From the sequence record PQ015379.1: DNA of 64,000 bases; one strand, given 5' to 3'. Position numbers and translations under genes: made by a program. The notes beneath the pieces were generated by a model. It worked only from the letters and a program-made list of their open reading frames with translations, did no database searches and was not told where the DNA came from. Of the stretch, positions 47,966 through 56,265 are shown piece after piece (the stretch's first letter is position 1; each line of letters starts with the position of its first letter).

Positions 47966-48315
47966 CGCACCCGAACGAAGAACGTTATCAAGAAATTCTG
48001 GAAAAGATCGTCAAGATCGCCGACGAATCGTTCCCGGTGAAATGTGCAGGCCAATTCACGCGTGGCTCTAGCCAAGGCGAGGATGGCCAACCGAAATGGC
48101 ACGTCGGTATCATCATCGTGCGTGCCGAAGATCACGAAGTCATGTGCTGCGTTCGCCTGTGGCTCGACGACGGCAAATTCGAAGCGGTATCTCCTGCAAT
48201 GCCCGGCACCGAAGACGCAGAACATTGCAGCAAGATTCAAGCTGCGCTGCGTGCTGCACATTTCGTGGTATGCCGCGATGAAATCGAAGTCACAGAACGG
48301 GAATTGATCCAGTGA
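47962..48315 (+). CDS. hypothetical protein
   Basis: GAGGA SD before ATG 47962. Confidence 0.7.
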   Translation: MTHPNEERYQEILEKIVKIADESFPVKCAGQFTRGSSQGEDGQPKWHVGIIIVRAEDHEVMCCVRLWLDDGKFEAVSPAMPGTEDAEHCSKIQAALRAAHFVVCRDEIEVTERELIQ

Positions 48316-49022
48316 AAATTCTCAAGTGGCAGGAAATCGTCGGTAAGCCCGGTTTTTACTGGATGTTCAATCTGGACGGCAGCGAAGGTACTTTGATTGA
48401 AGTCGGTTATCGCGACCACGATACGATTTCTTTCGTGGGCCTTGAACAGGAAGAGTTGTTGTGTGGTGACGTGCATGGCAAATACCATTTCGTCAAACAA
48501 GAAATGCCTGATATCAAAGGGCAGTTGGTGATCGACGTATTCGCCCAGCAGCGCCAGTTCCAGCACTCTAACGGCGATTCGTATTTCCCGCCGATGATCG
48601 AAGGCTACTGGCGCCAGCACGACGTGATCCCAACGTACACGGGCGAGAAGTGCAACATGAAAAACTACATCGCACGCGCCAACGCGGAATGCCCGTGGCC
48701 CGTCGTGTGGAATATTCCTGAATTCGACAAGCAGGAATTCATCAATCGTCTGGCGGATATCGAAGACGAAAAGGCGGCTGAGACGCGCTATCGCGGCATG
48801 AGCATCTGTCGCTTGACCGGTGCTGATCGCGGCTGTAACGAATATGAATACCGTGGCTGGAAATGGCCGGGCGGTTTTATCGAATACGTTCGCCTCGGTG
48901 TTCCGCCGTCGCGAGCTTTCTACGCCTTCATCATGGGCGTATCTGAGGAAGACTGTAAATATCTTCCTACCTACAATCGGGACATGATCAGCAATGAATC
49001 AGGATCGCTTGGCGGTAAGTAA
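48312..49022 (+). CDS. two-domain hypothetical phage protein
   Basis: C-half YRGMSICR..GCNEY...WKWPGGFIEYV. Confidence 0.75.
   Translation: MKILKWQEIVGKPGFYWMFNLDGSEGTLIEVGYRDHDTISFVGLEQEELLCGDVHGKYHFVKQEMPDIKGQLVIDVFAQQRQFQHSNGDSYFPPMIEGYWRQHDVIPTYTGEKCNMKNYIARANAECPWPVVWNIPEFDKQEFINRLADIEDEKAAETRYRGMSICRLTGADRGCNEYEYRGWKWPGGFIEYVRLGVPPSRAFYAFIMGVSEEDCKYLPTYNRDMISNESGSLGGK
48952..48961 (+). promoter_or_regulatory. ACTGTAAA(Y)A motif copy
   Basis: ACTGTAAATA within CDS, ~90 nt before ATG 49051. Confidence 0.4.
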
Positions 49023-49050
49023 ATGGAATGATCGGAATAGGAATCGCCAC

Positions 49051-49941
49051 ATGGCTTTAACCGAAGCAAAACAACAGAAGTTGCTGGCTGGATGCAACTC
49101 ACTAGAACGAAAGGTTTTCGAATTCGTTCCGATACAGGAATCGTGGGATGCTAAGGTGATCAATCACCATTACCACGCGGCTGGTAACTCAAGTGAGCAT
49201 CACCGGTTGCGTGCGGCCCTCGGCGGCCTGCGTGATCGTGGATTGGTCCGTGAAATGACACGCGATCATTTCCAACGTGTTGCGGTAAAAATTCGCGAAC
49301 TACGCGAGCCTATCGAGCGTGAGCGCCCAGCTATTCCGAAACTGGGTGATAACGTCGATATCAACGCGCTGCGTCGGGCAGTTGTACAGACCCCAATACG
49401 CAACCAAAATACTGATAACCAGCAGGTTAACCCGCTGGCCGTGGCCGTCGCCATCAATTCCAATGTGGATCACTACATCAAGGAAGGGCTGAAGATTGCC
49501 GATCAGGAAGCGCAGGTCAAAGCTGCGGTCCTTACCAGCATCGCAGTCACCGAGCATGAAAAACTCGTTGGCCAGCAAGTTGCAGAAATCGTAAAAGTCG
49601 AAAAAGTCGAAGAAACCGAGGAAGTTCCGATGACCCAAACTCAAGCCGTGGCCGCCGTTCTCCCAGCAGTTGCTGATGTTCCATCAGTCGATTCCATGAC
49701 CCGCATGGGCGAACTGGCGCAGAAGGCCGTGAAGATCGCCACGCAGACCAAATCGCAGCTGACCGAACTGGCATCGCTGGCATCGCAAATTGCCGAAGAA
49801 ACCGAAGAACAACTGCGCGACCTCGGCGAGCAAATCGACGAACTGGCGCTGACCATCGAAGAAACCAAAATCGATCCGAAGCAGTACAAGAAATTCCTGC
49901 AATGGAAAGCCCTGATGGCCAGCCTGAGCGACGACGACTGA
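49051..49941 (+). CDS. putative winged-helix plus coiled-coil protein
   Basis: LRAALGGLRDRGLVRE wHTH-like segment; acidic C-terminal coiled coil; ATG 49051. Confidence 0.7.
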   Translation: MALTEAKQQKLLAGCNSLERKVFEFVPIQESWDAKVINHHYHAAGNSSEHHRLRAALGGLRDRGLVREMTRDHFQRVAVKIRELREPIERERPAIPKLGDNVDINALRRAVVQTPIRNQNTDNQQVNPLAVAVAINSNVDHYIKEGLKIADQEAQVKAAVLTSIAVTEHEKLVGQQVAEIVKVEKVEETEEVPMTQTQAVAAVLPAVADVPSVDSMTRMGELAQKAVKIATQTKSQLTELASLASQIAEETEEQLRDLGEQIDELALTIEETKIDPKQYKKFLQWKALMASLSDDD

Positions 49942-50204
49942 TGATCGATCCGTTCGCTTTTCTCGAAGGCGTGACGGATGCAGAGCGGGCCGCATTTGAA
50001 ATGGGTTTGGTTTATGCCGACATGTGCGCGGCAGGCAAAGGCCCATGGATAATGCGGGACCGCCCGCAAAAAATCCTACACGATATGGCGCGACAATTTC
50101 ACCTACGTCTAGTGATCGATCCGTATACCGAGCTAGGCGAAACACCGTGGCCCATGATTGAGGTTAAGGCCTATGTCATGGCGCCGGATTTGAGGCTCGT
50201 TTAA
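49941..50204 (+). CDS. hypothetical protein
   Basis: TGATG coupling. Confidence 0.6.
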   Translation: MIDPFAFLEGVTDAERAAFEMGLVYADMCAAGKGPWIMRDRPQKILHDMARQFHLRLVIDPYTELGETPWPMIEVKAYVMAPDLRLV

Positions 50205-50206
50205 CC

Positions 50207-50521
50207 ATGGCAAAAGTGGCCCTGTTACATCCAGACAAAGGCGTGCCCGGCAAACGCTATTGGCTCGTTTCCACTGACCCGCACGTGATCAGCGACGATG
50301 ACGCACGTGTCGTTAGTTGCCGTAAAAATGCGTTTCAGAATTTGGAATATGTCTGCCGTGACGGGGCCATGACCATGTTCTACGCACCGCGAGATATGGC
50401 GCAATATCGCCTGATCGAAATCGCGCTGCCCAAGCGTGCCGACGTGTTGAAAGAAATGGTGCGGCGTGGCATTGTCAAACCAGAACCCAATGCACCAGAA
50501 GGCGGTTTGGATTTCATCTGA
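50207..50521 (+). CDS. hypothetical protein
   Basis: GAGG SD. Confidence 0.7.
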   Translation: MAKVALLHPDKGVPGKRYWLVSTDPHVISDDDARVVSCRKNAFQNLEYVCRDGAMTMFYAPRDMAQYRLIEIALPKRADVLKEMVRRGIVKPEPNAPEGGLDFI

Positions 50522-50533
50522 AAGGAGAATGAT

Positions 50534-51109
50534 TTGGCACTTATCGTAAGTCGTGAACAGTTGCATCGAATCTTGGGCGATGACGGGAAAATCACCCTGT
50601 GGCCCAGCGTTACCGATCAAGGGCGCCCACGCTATGCGCACGCCTGCGTCGGTGAGCCTTACGCCCGTGTGCACGTCGGAGGCATGCAGGTGCAATGCGT
50701 CAACAGCGCAGACAGCAGCCTGTTCATCGGGCCGCACGTGAAGAAAATCGACGCGCTGGAAAACACGAAGTTTTCGCCGACGTACATCTACCCGAATATG
50801 GCGCTGATGACATTCGGCAAACTCGACCGTTTCTATATGTCGTTGCTGAAGGCGATTCACCGAGCATTCGTACCGAGTTCGGAACTGAATCGCAAGCAGC
50901 AGTTTCTGGCGCCCAGCGATGTGGACGGCACCGATCAAAACATCGACGAAGTGTTCCACATTTACCTCAAAAACAACCAAGACGATTACGTCAAAGCGTT
51001 GTGTGGTGAACAGGGCTTCAACACGGACAAACTGCACACCTACATGAAGGCACACAATCACACGGCGCAGTCGCTGTTCGCCATGCTGAAAAACAAATGG
51101 GTTGACTAA
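50534..51109 (+). CDS. hypothetical protein
   Basis: AAGGAG SD, TTG start; last + strand gene. Confidence 0.75.
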   Translation: MALIVSREQLHRILGDDGKITLWPSVTDQGRPRYAHACVGEPYARVHVGGMQVQCVNSADSSLFIGPHVKKIDALENTKFSPTYIYPNMALMTFGKLDRFYMSLLKAIHRAFVPSSELNRKQQFLAPSDVDGTDQNIDEVFHIYLKNNQDDYVKALCGEQGFNTDKLHTYMKAHNHTAQSLFAMLKNKWVD

Positions 51110-51125
51110 CCCTGTGCCCGAAACG

Positions 51126-51165
51126 AAAAAGCCCCCGAATCCAGAACGGAAACGGGGGCTTTTTT
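51126..51165. terminator. bidirectional intrinsic terminator at the strand switch
   Basis: AAAAA-GCCCCCG-loop-CGGGGGC-TTTTTT between convergent genes. Confidence 0.9.
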
Positions 51166-51176
51166 ATGCCTGAAAT

Positions 51177-51620
51177 TCAGGAAAGAACGATCTTGCGGTT
51201 GGCACCTTCCACGTACGAAACGTGGATGTACGGGCCGCGCATTTGCAGAATGTCGAACGTCTGCTGTTGCAGGTGCTCGAAGATGGCTTGGGCTTCGTTG
51301 GAAATCAGCGACACAGCACAGCCCAAAATGTGCTGCTTGCCATCAAGGTATTTCACCCAGTTGGTTTCGTTGAACGGCAACCCGTTTTCGCGCAGCCAGT
51401 CGTAGTAGGAACCTTTGCAGTATTCCCGTTCTAGGGCCGAACTTCTGTACCAGCTGGCGATGCGGAAATCGAACTGAGAACGCAACGGTTCCAGAATGTT
51501 TTTCGCAACTTTTTCAGCGGCCAGCAGCGCGTCACGCGGCGGCGTGTTGTCGATCTTCGATTTGTGGGCCAGCAGGTCGAAACCCACATCAAGGTCCGTG
51601 TAATGTTCGCTGATTTGCAT
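51177..51620 (-). CDS. peptidase M15A-family protein (endolysin-like), possibly degenerate
   Basis: LEPLR...SWYRS...QHILGCAVS...YIHVSY. Confidence 0.75.
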   Translation of the reverse strand: MQISEHYTDLDVGFDLLAHKSKIDNTPPRDALLAAEKVAKNILEPLRSQFDFRIASWYRSSALEREYCKGSYYDWLRENGLPFNETNWVKYLDGKQHILGCAVSLISNEAQAIFEHLQQQTFDILQMRGPYIHVSYVEGANRKIVLS

Positions 51621-51629
51621 TTCTTTCCC

Positions 51630-52076
51630 CTAGAGCGCTAAGCCGACGATGGCCAGTGCTTGCCAAAAAATCTTTTCGATTTGCCACCAGCGTCTATCTG
51701 ACTGATGGTCCTCAAATTCCTGCGTGTAACGGGCGTAGTTCTCGTTGGCGCGGGCCTCCTGCTGTTTCGCAATATCTACCATCAAATTATATTGATCAAT
51801 TGTCTGGTTGTGTGCGTTGGCCAGCAGGTTCAGCGCCTTGGTGTTTGCCGTCGCCTGTTTCGTGTAATCGGTTAACTGATCAAGCTGGGATACGGTGAAC
51901 CCGGCGTAATCGGTTCCGTTAACCGCCAACGGAGTCGGAGTCGGCCTTCCCGGTAGGGACGCCTGCAACGTAATTTTTTCCAACTTTTTCAGCTGCATGT
52001 TCGACTGCGGCGGCTGTATCGTCTGGACGCCGCACGCCGGGAGGAACAACGACAGAACCAGAATTGCCCATTTCAT
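51630..52076 (-). CDS. spanin-like outer-membrane lipoprotein
   Basis: GAGG SD; MKWAILVLSLFLPAC lipobox; helical body; hydrophobic C-terminus. Confidence 0.6.
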   Translation of the reverse strand: MKWAILVLSLFLPACGVQTIQPPQSNMQLKKLEKITLQASLPGRPTPTPLAVNGTDYAGFTVSQLDQLTDYTKQATANTKALNLLANAHNQTIDQYNLMVDIAKQQEARANENYARYTQEFEDHQSDRRWWQIEKIFWQALAIVGLAL

Positions 52077-52416
52077 TTTGTGCGGCCTCAATTTTTTCCA
52101 TTGCTGTGCGCACGGCCAAAGGCAGTGGCGGTTTATTCAGCATGGAATCGGCAGCCATACCAATCGCGAGGTAGGTGATTTTTCCCACGCCCGGTTCGGT
52201 GATGATGGTCAACAGGAAGGCCGCGATAGCACCGGAAATCACGCCGACCGAAGCCCACACGTTTTCCAGCCAGTAGCTGCCCATTTTGATGCCTTCACGG
52301 CGGCACTTGTAAATCCAGCTGATCAGCACGCCGCAAAGCGTGCAGAAGAAGTAACCCACTGCATCTTCGAGCGGGACTTCGATAACTTTTTCGATGCTCT
52401 TAATCAGGAATTCCAC
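51919..52416 (-). CDS. putative holin (3 TM)
   Basis: three hydrophobic segments; located in the lysis cassette; C-terminal extension overlaps the spanin gene. Confidence 0.55.
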   Translation of the reverse strand: MEFLIKSIEKVIEVPLEDAVGYFFCTLCGVLISWIYKCRREGIKMGSYWLENVWASVGVISGAIAAFLLTIITEPGVGKITYLAIGMAADSMLNKPPLPLAVRTAMEKIEAAQNEMGNSGSVVVPPGVRRPDDTAAAVEHAAEKVGKNYVAGVPTGKADSDSVGG

Positions 52417-52420
52417 GGTC

Positions 52421-52693
52421 CTAGTCTCCCGCTGTTTTCCACGCGTTAATCGCGCTATTCATATCCTTGGACACGGTTTTTTCAACCGGTGGTTTCAGGA
52501 TTTCTTCTACCTGTTTTTGTTGCTCGATGATCGGAGCGGTTTGCACCTGTTCTTCCAAACGATCACCCTTGTAAGTGTCGGCCTCGGGTTCTGGTTTCGG
52601 ACGACGTGCGAAAACTACAGCCGCCAACGCGAGCACAAACATCAGCCCGCCCAAAATCATTTTCCCGTATTTTTTTATTGTTTCCATCGTCAC
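52421..52693 (-). CDS. N-terminally anchored membrane protein, possible i-spanin
   Basis: KKYGKMILGGLMFVLALAAVVFARR followed by a hydrophilic tail. Confidence 0.55.
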   Translation of the reverse strand: MTMETIKKYGKMILGGLMFVLALAAVVFARRPKPEPEADTYKGDRLEEQVQTAPIIEQQKQVEEILKPPVEKTVSKDMNSAINAWKTAGD

Positions 52694-52860
52694 AGGCCCT
52701 GCTTGTTGAATGGAGTTTCCGGACCCCGGCCCTGCCCAGCGGTCAGACCTTCGTCGTCGATAGTATCCTGACGATTCAGAATTTTACGCTTGGACAAACG
52801 TTTCATCCGGCGTTTCGTTGCTTCGTCTTTTACAGGCTTTGCATCGATCCAAACAATCAT
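52690..52860 (-). CDS. small hypothetical protein
   Basis: GGGGGAG SD before ATG 52860. Confidence 0.55.
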   Translation of the reverse strand: MIVWIDAKPVKDEATKRRMKRLSKRKILNRQDTIDDEGLTAGQGRGPETPFNKQGL

Positions 52861-52882
52861 AAAAATCTCCCCCGATTTCAAA

Positions 52883-52910
52883 TAAAAGAAAAGGGGCCGC
52901 AGCCCCTTCT
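52883..52910 (-). terminator. intrinsic terminator
   Basis: minus strand AAGGGG-CTGCGG-CCCCTT followed by TTCTTTTATT. Confidence 0.8.
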
Positions 52911-52921
52911 CAAACCGCTAG

Positions 52922-53935
52922 TTAGGCAGTGGTTTTCACCCACGAAACCTGCACCAGAACGGTGGCAGCAACGCCCAAGGTAATGACCAGTTCGTTCACG
53001 CTGTTGAAGGTGATCGAATCAGGAATTACGGTGGTGTTGGTGGTTTTGTCCACGACCTGCACAATCGGCCAGCGATAGTTCAAGTTGTGGGTTACGGTGT
53101 GGCTGGTGGCCGAGGTGGCGTCGGAATCGAACGCGAAGAACGAAGCGGAAACCTGAGTTTGCAGATCGCTCACATCGCTAGCGACGGCGGCCAGTTCCGC
53201 ATCGGTAGCCAGATCAGCTTTTTCAGCCTGCGTCACGTAAGTGGCCGACAGGTCGCCAACGCTGATACCGCCAGCGGCAACAACGATGGAAGCGTTAGCC
53301 GCTTTAACCGAAACCACATCGCCCGCAGATTCCAGACCGTTACCAGCGGTGAAGCCAGACAGGCCGCCGAATTCTGCCCAATTGGTGCCGTTCCAGCGAT
53401 ACCACGTCGAGGTGTCACGGTTCCACGTCAGAGCACCCGGACCGGCGACAGAAACGTCGTAAGCAACCGATTGAATTACACCGGCAGCATCCACGACCAC
53501 GATATCACCGGCAGCAGCAGCTACGCCGCTGGTAAATGCCGAACCGTCTTCATAAATGTAGCGACCGGCTGCGTTGGTGAACACGCCTTCCACACCCAGT
53601 ACGTCGGATTGGAAGTCGAGGCCAGCCAACGCGTTGTCGATTGCGCCCTGCATTTCGGTGCCGGAAACCAGATCCTGAACAGCGTTGGAAATGGCGGTGT
53701 TTACGTCGGTGGTTTGTGCGTAAGGAACCAGCGCGTCGGCCAGATCCTCGGCACTGATACCGCCACCGAGTTCAACAGCGGCGGTGCCGTTGTAGAGTTT
53801 CAGGGCTTTGGTGACGGTGTTGTACCAAACGCGGGATTCAACCAGACCGCCCCCGGTAGGATCAGCCGCCAGCTTTTCCAGTTTGAGGTTGAGGACTTCA
53901 CCAACAACGCTCAAGTTACCATTGATATTTGCCAT
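52922..53935 (-). CDS. virion structural/fibre-like protein
   Basis: 337 aa, Ala/Gly/Val/Thr-rich; C-terminal HTVTHNLNYRWPIVQVVD domain. Confidence 0.7.
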   Translation of the reverse strand: MANINGNLSVVGEVLNLKLEKLAADPTGGGLVESRVWYNTVTKALKLYNGTAAVELGGGISAEDLADALVPYAQTTDVNTAISNAVQDLVSGTEMQGAIDNALAGLDFQSDVLGVEGVFTNAAGRYIYEDGSAFTSGVAAAAGDIVVVDAAGVIQSVAYDVSVAGPGALTWNRDTSTWYRWNGTNWAEFGGLSGFTAGNGLESAGDVVSVKAANASIVVAAGGISVGDLSATYVTQAEKADLATDAELAAVASDVSDLQTQVSASFFAFDSDATSATSHTVTHNLNYRWPIVQVVDKTTNTTVIPDSITFNSVNELVITLGVAATVLVQVSWVKTTA

Positions 53936-53955
53936 GTGTTTTTTGCCTCTTTTGC

Positions 53956-54747
53956 TTATGCTGGGCTGTTGGGCGTTTCAATGTCGATGATATCGACAAA
54001 TTCTGCGCACCGAGTCAAAAGGGTGGCCAGCGGTTCATCCCCTTCGATCACACCGGAGTAACTCACGTTACAGGTGGAATGGTTTTTTACGAGGGTCGGC
54101 AGACGGCGGCAGGCAATGGTGTTGTAGTAACGAATCCTTTCTTCACACATGAACACGCCCGTTTTGTAGAAATAGTCTAGGGCGAAATTGTCCACATACA
54201 AAACCATACGGTTGCTGTTGGAGCGGTTGGTACTGCACCGATCTTCCACGAAATCACCGCCCAGCAGGCAATCGATTTCATAAAGTTCGTACATGCAATT
54301 TTGCAGCGTCGATCCGAGGGTCGCCATGATGATTGGGTACGCCTCAAGGTGCGATTGCCCTTCAGCACTGCGTATCATGGTCTGGAAAGCCTTGCGCGTG
54401 TGCGCGTTAACTGCCCACCAGATTTCGATAAACTTCGGAACGAATAAATCAGGGTTTTCCTCGAAGATTTGCCGATGCCAATTCTGCAACTGTTGCTCGG
54501 CATCCAGCGTCGCTTCAATTTCGGCACGGGTCAACGTCGGACGATTCAAGAAAATGGACTCTACGTCGTGCGCCCATTTACTGTAGGAATTGAACAGCAG
54601 AAGCAGAGTTTCCTTTGCCACTTCGCTGAACTGATTTTGTTCGTTGATCACCACGTTGAGCATGTACGACTTGGCGCCGTAAAAATGCTCAAGCGAGTAC
54701 GCGGCGACAGAACGAAAACGGATGTTGTTTTTGATGAAGGGTGCCAT
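53956..54747 (-). CDS. hypothetical protein
   Basis: GAGG SD before ATG 54747. Confidence 0.7.
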   Translation of the reverse strand: MAPFIKNNIRFRSVAAYSLEHFYGAKSYMLNVVINEQNQFSEVAKETLLLLFNSYSKWAHDVESIFLNRPTLTRAEIEATLDAEQQLQNWHRQIFEENPDLFVPKFIEIWWAVNAHTRKAFQTMIRSAEGQSHLEAYPIIMATLGSTLQNCMYELYEIDCLLGGDFVEDRCSTNRSNSNRMVLYVDNFALDYFYKTGVFMCEERIRYYNTIACRRLPTLVKNHSTCNVSYSGVIEGDEPLATLLTRCAEFVDIIDIETPNSPA

Positions 54748-54754
54748 ATGAGCC

Positions 54755-55237
54755 TCAAACGCCGCGTGGAGGATTACCACGCTGCATGCCTATTCCAAGC
54801 ATTAAGCCTGTAACTTGACTTTGTTTATCGCTTACGTCAGAAACTGTGCGCAGAATACGTTCCGAATTACGTTCAACAGACTCAAGCAAGTTCAGTAGCT
54901 CGGCACGTTCCCTCGGGTCTTCCTTACCTAAGTTGAGTCGAATGTCGTTCATCTGCGTCATGATCGCATCGCACACAACCGCCAGAGACGTTAAGGCCTG
55001 AGTATCCGGGTGCCGAACGGCATCGTGAATCTCGTCCAAAACGTCTTGCATTTTCTTAATTGCGTCAACACTTTGAAGGTAGCTGCTGTCGAAATTTTCC
55101 GCACGCTTCCGCAGGGATTTGACTTCCTCTTGCAGTGGCAGAACGTAAAACCAACCAACGGCCAGTAATATCAGGTTGAATCCAATCGCCAAGCTAACCG
55201 GGATCGGACTGGAGTAAAGAACGTCAATCGCTCCCAT
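54755..55237 (-). CDS. single-pass membrane protein with coiled coil
   Basis: TM segment PVSLAIGFNLILLAVGWFYVL, then helical domain. Confidence 0.7.
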   Translation of the reverse strand: MGAIDVLYSSPIPVSLAIGFNLILLAVGWFYVLPLQEEVKSLRKRAENFDSSYLQSVDAIKKMQDVLDEIHDAVRHPDTQALTSLAVVCDAIMTQMNDIRLNLGKEDPRERAELLNLLESVERNSERILRTVSDVSDKQSQVTGLMLGIGMQRGNPPRGV

Positions 55238-55511
55238 CGGCGCACCTATCTGTGGTTGGGGTAAATCGTACTGTCACAGCTCCTTCGTAGTCGCTGATGG
55301 TTATTTTTGTTATTTTGGGTTGCTTGATTACTGTGCACGCTTCACCGGCCCCCGGTAAATCGTTACAGATTTTGGCTACACATTCGAACGATTCGCGGAC
55401 CGTTGTAACTTCGGCGCGGTCCCAGCTGAACGATACCGCCGCCCAAACCAGAACCCCGCCGATAGCCAAAATGATCACCTTGCTAATCGCGTTCCGCGTG
55501 AGATTTAACAC
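55224..55511 (-). CDS. small exported protein with Cys pairs
   Basis: hydrophobic N-terminus; C..KIC...AC; terminal C. Confidence 0.55.
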   Translation of the reverse strand: MLNLTRNAISKVIILAIGGVLVWAAVSFSWDRAEVTTVRESFECVAKICNDLPGAGEACTVIKQPKITKITISDYEGAVTVRFTPTTDRCADGSD

Positions 55512-56250
55512 GGTAGAATTTCCCTGCCGATTGCGAATATAGATCCAATCTATCCAGTTGCCGCAATCGGTCGAGGTTGGCGCAAATGCTTTGGGATTTT
55601 CCGCCCGCGATCACTTGGCCTACATCGATAGGGTCCACCGTGGGGCCGACCGCCATTGCAGTTTTAAAGCCGGGGTAACACACGCCGACTTCGACCTGCC
55701 CTGTGCGATGTTGCAGCACGGTTTCTTCAATCATTTTGTACGAACGTTTGTCGCCCCACGAATCCGTCAACGAAAACACGTTGATCACCAAAAACCCCGG
55801 TGGCTTTTTGCGAATTGCCACCAGCGCTTTGCGCAAATCATAATCGGTTTTAATTTCGAATTCTTCGGGCTTCAGCTGTTCAAAGATTGCTTTGCGGTCG
55901 TGCTCAAGGCGGCTTCTTCCTTGGAGCAGGTAGATTGGCATTCCGCTTAAAAACTTAGGCAACTCAAATTGAGTCAGCACCGGAACATAAGTGCCTTCCA
56001 AATTCTGCCGTTGCCCGATCACTGTAAGCTTGTCGTATTTGTGGCTTGTCGCGTATTCCGTTACGGCGTGCTGCACCTCGGTAGGTTTAGCTTGCCGTTC
56101 GAGAAACACTACATTTTTTGCATCCATTTTATCGAGAAAAACCGACCCGTAAAGGTCGGTGATTGCCCGGCTTTGAATGAATAGCTGGTCGGCCATTCCA
56201 CAAGCACTATACAAATAAATTAATGACAATAAAGCGATGCGTCCAATCAT
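55483..56250 (-). CDS. exported protein, possibly periplasmic-binding-protein-like alpha/beta fold
   Basis: signal peptide MIGRIALLSLIYLYSACGMA; alternating alpha/beta pattern. Confidence 0.6.
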   Translation of the reverse strand: MIGRIALLSLIYLYSACGMADQLFIQSRAITDLYGSVFLDKMDAKNVVFLERQAKPTEVQHAVTEYATSHKYDKLTVIGQRQNLEGTYVPVLTQFELPKFLSGMPIYLLQGRSRLEHDRKAIFEQLKPEEFEIKTDYDLRKALVAIRKKPPGFLVINVFSLTDSWGDKRSYKMIEETVLQHRTGQVEVGVCYPGFKTAMAVGPTVDPIDVGQVIAGGKSQSICANLDRLRQLDRLDLYSQSAGKFYRVKSHAERD

Positions 56251-56265
56251 TTAGTGCAATTCCTT

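Noticed and set aside
52822-52840. Minus-strand CCTGTAAAAG as a copy of the ACTGTAAAY motif upstream of lysis genes
   Set aside because: It mismatches at both flanks and is a single instance.
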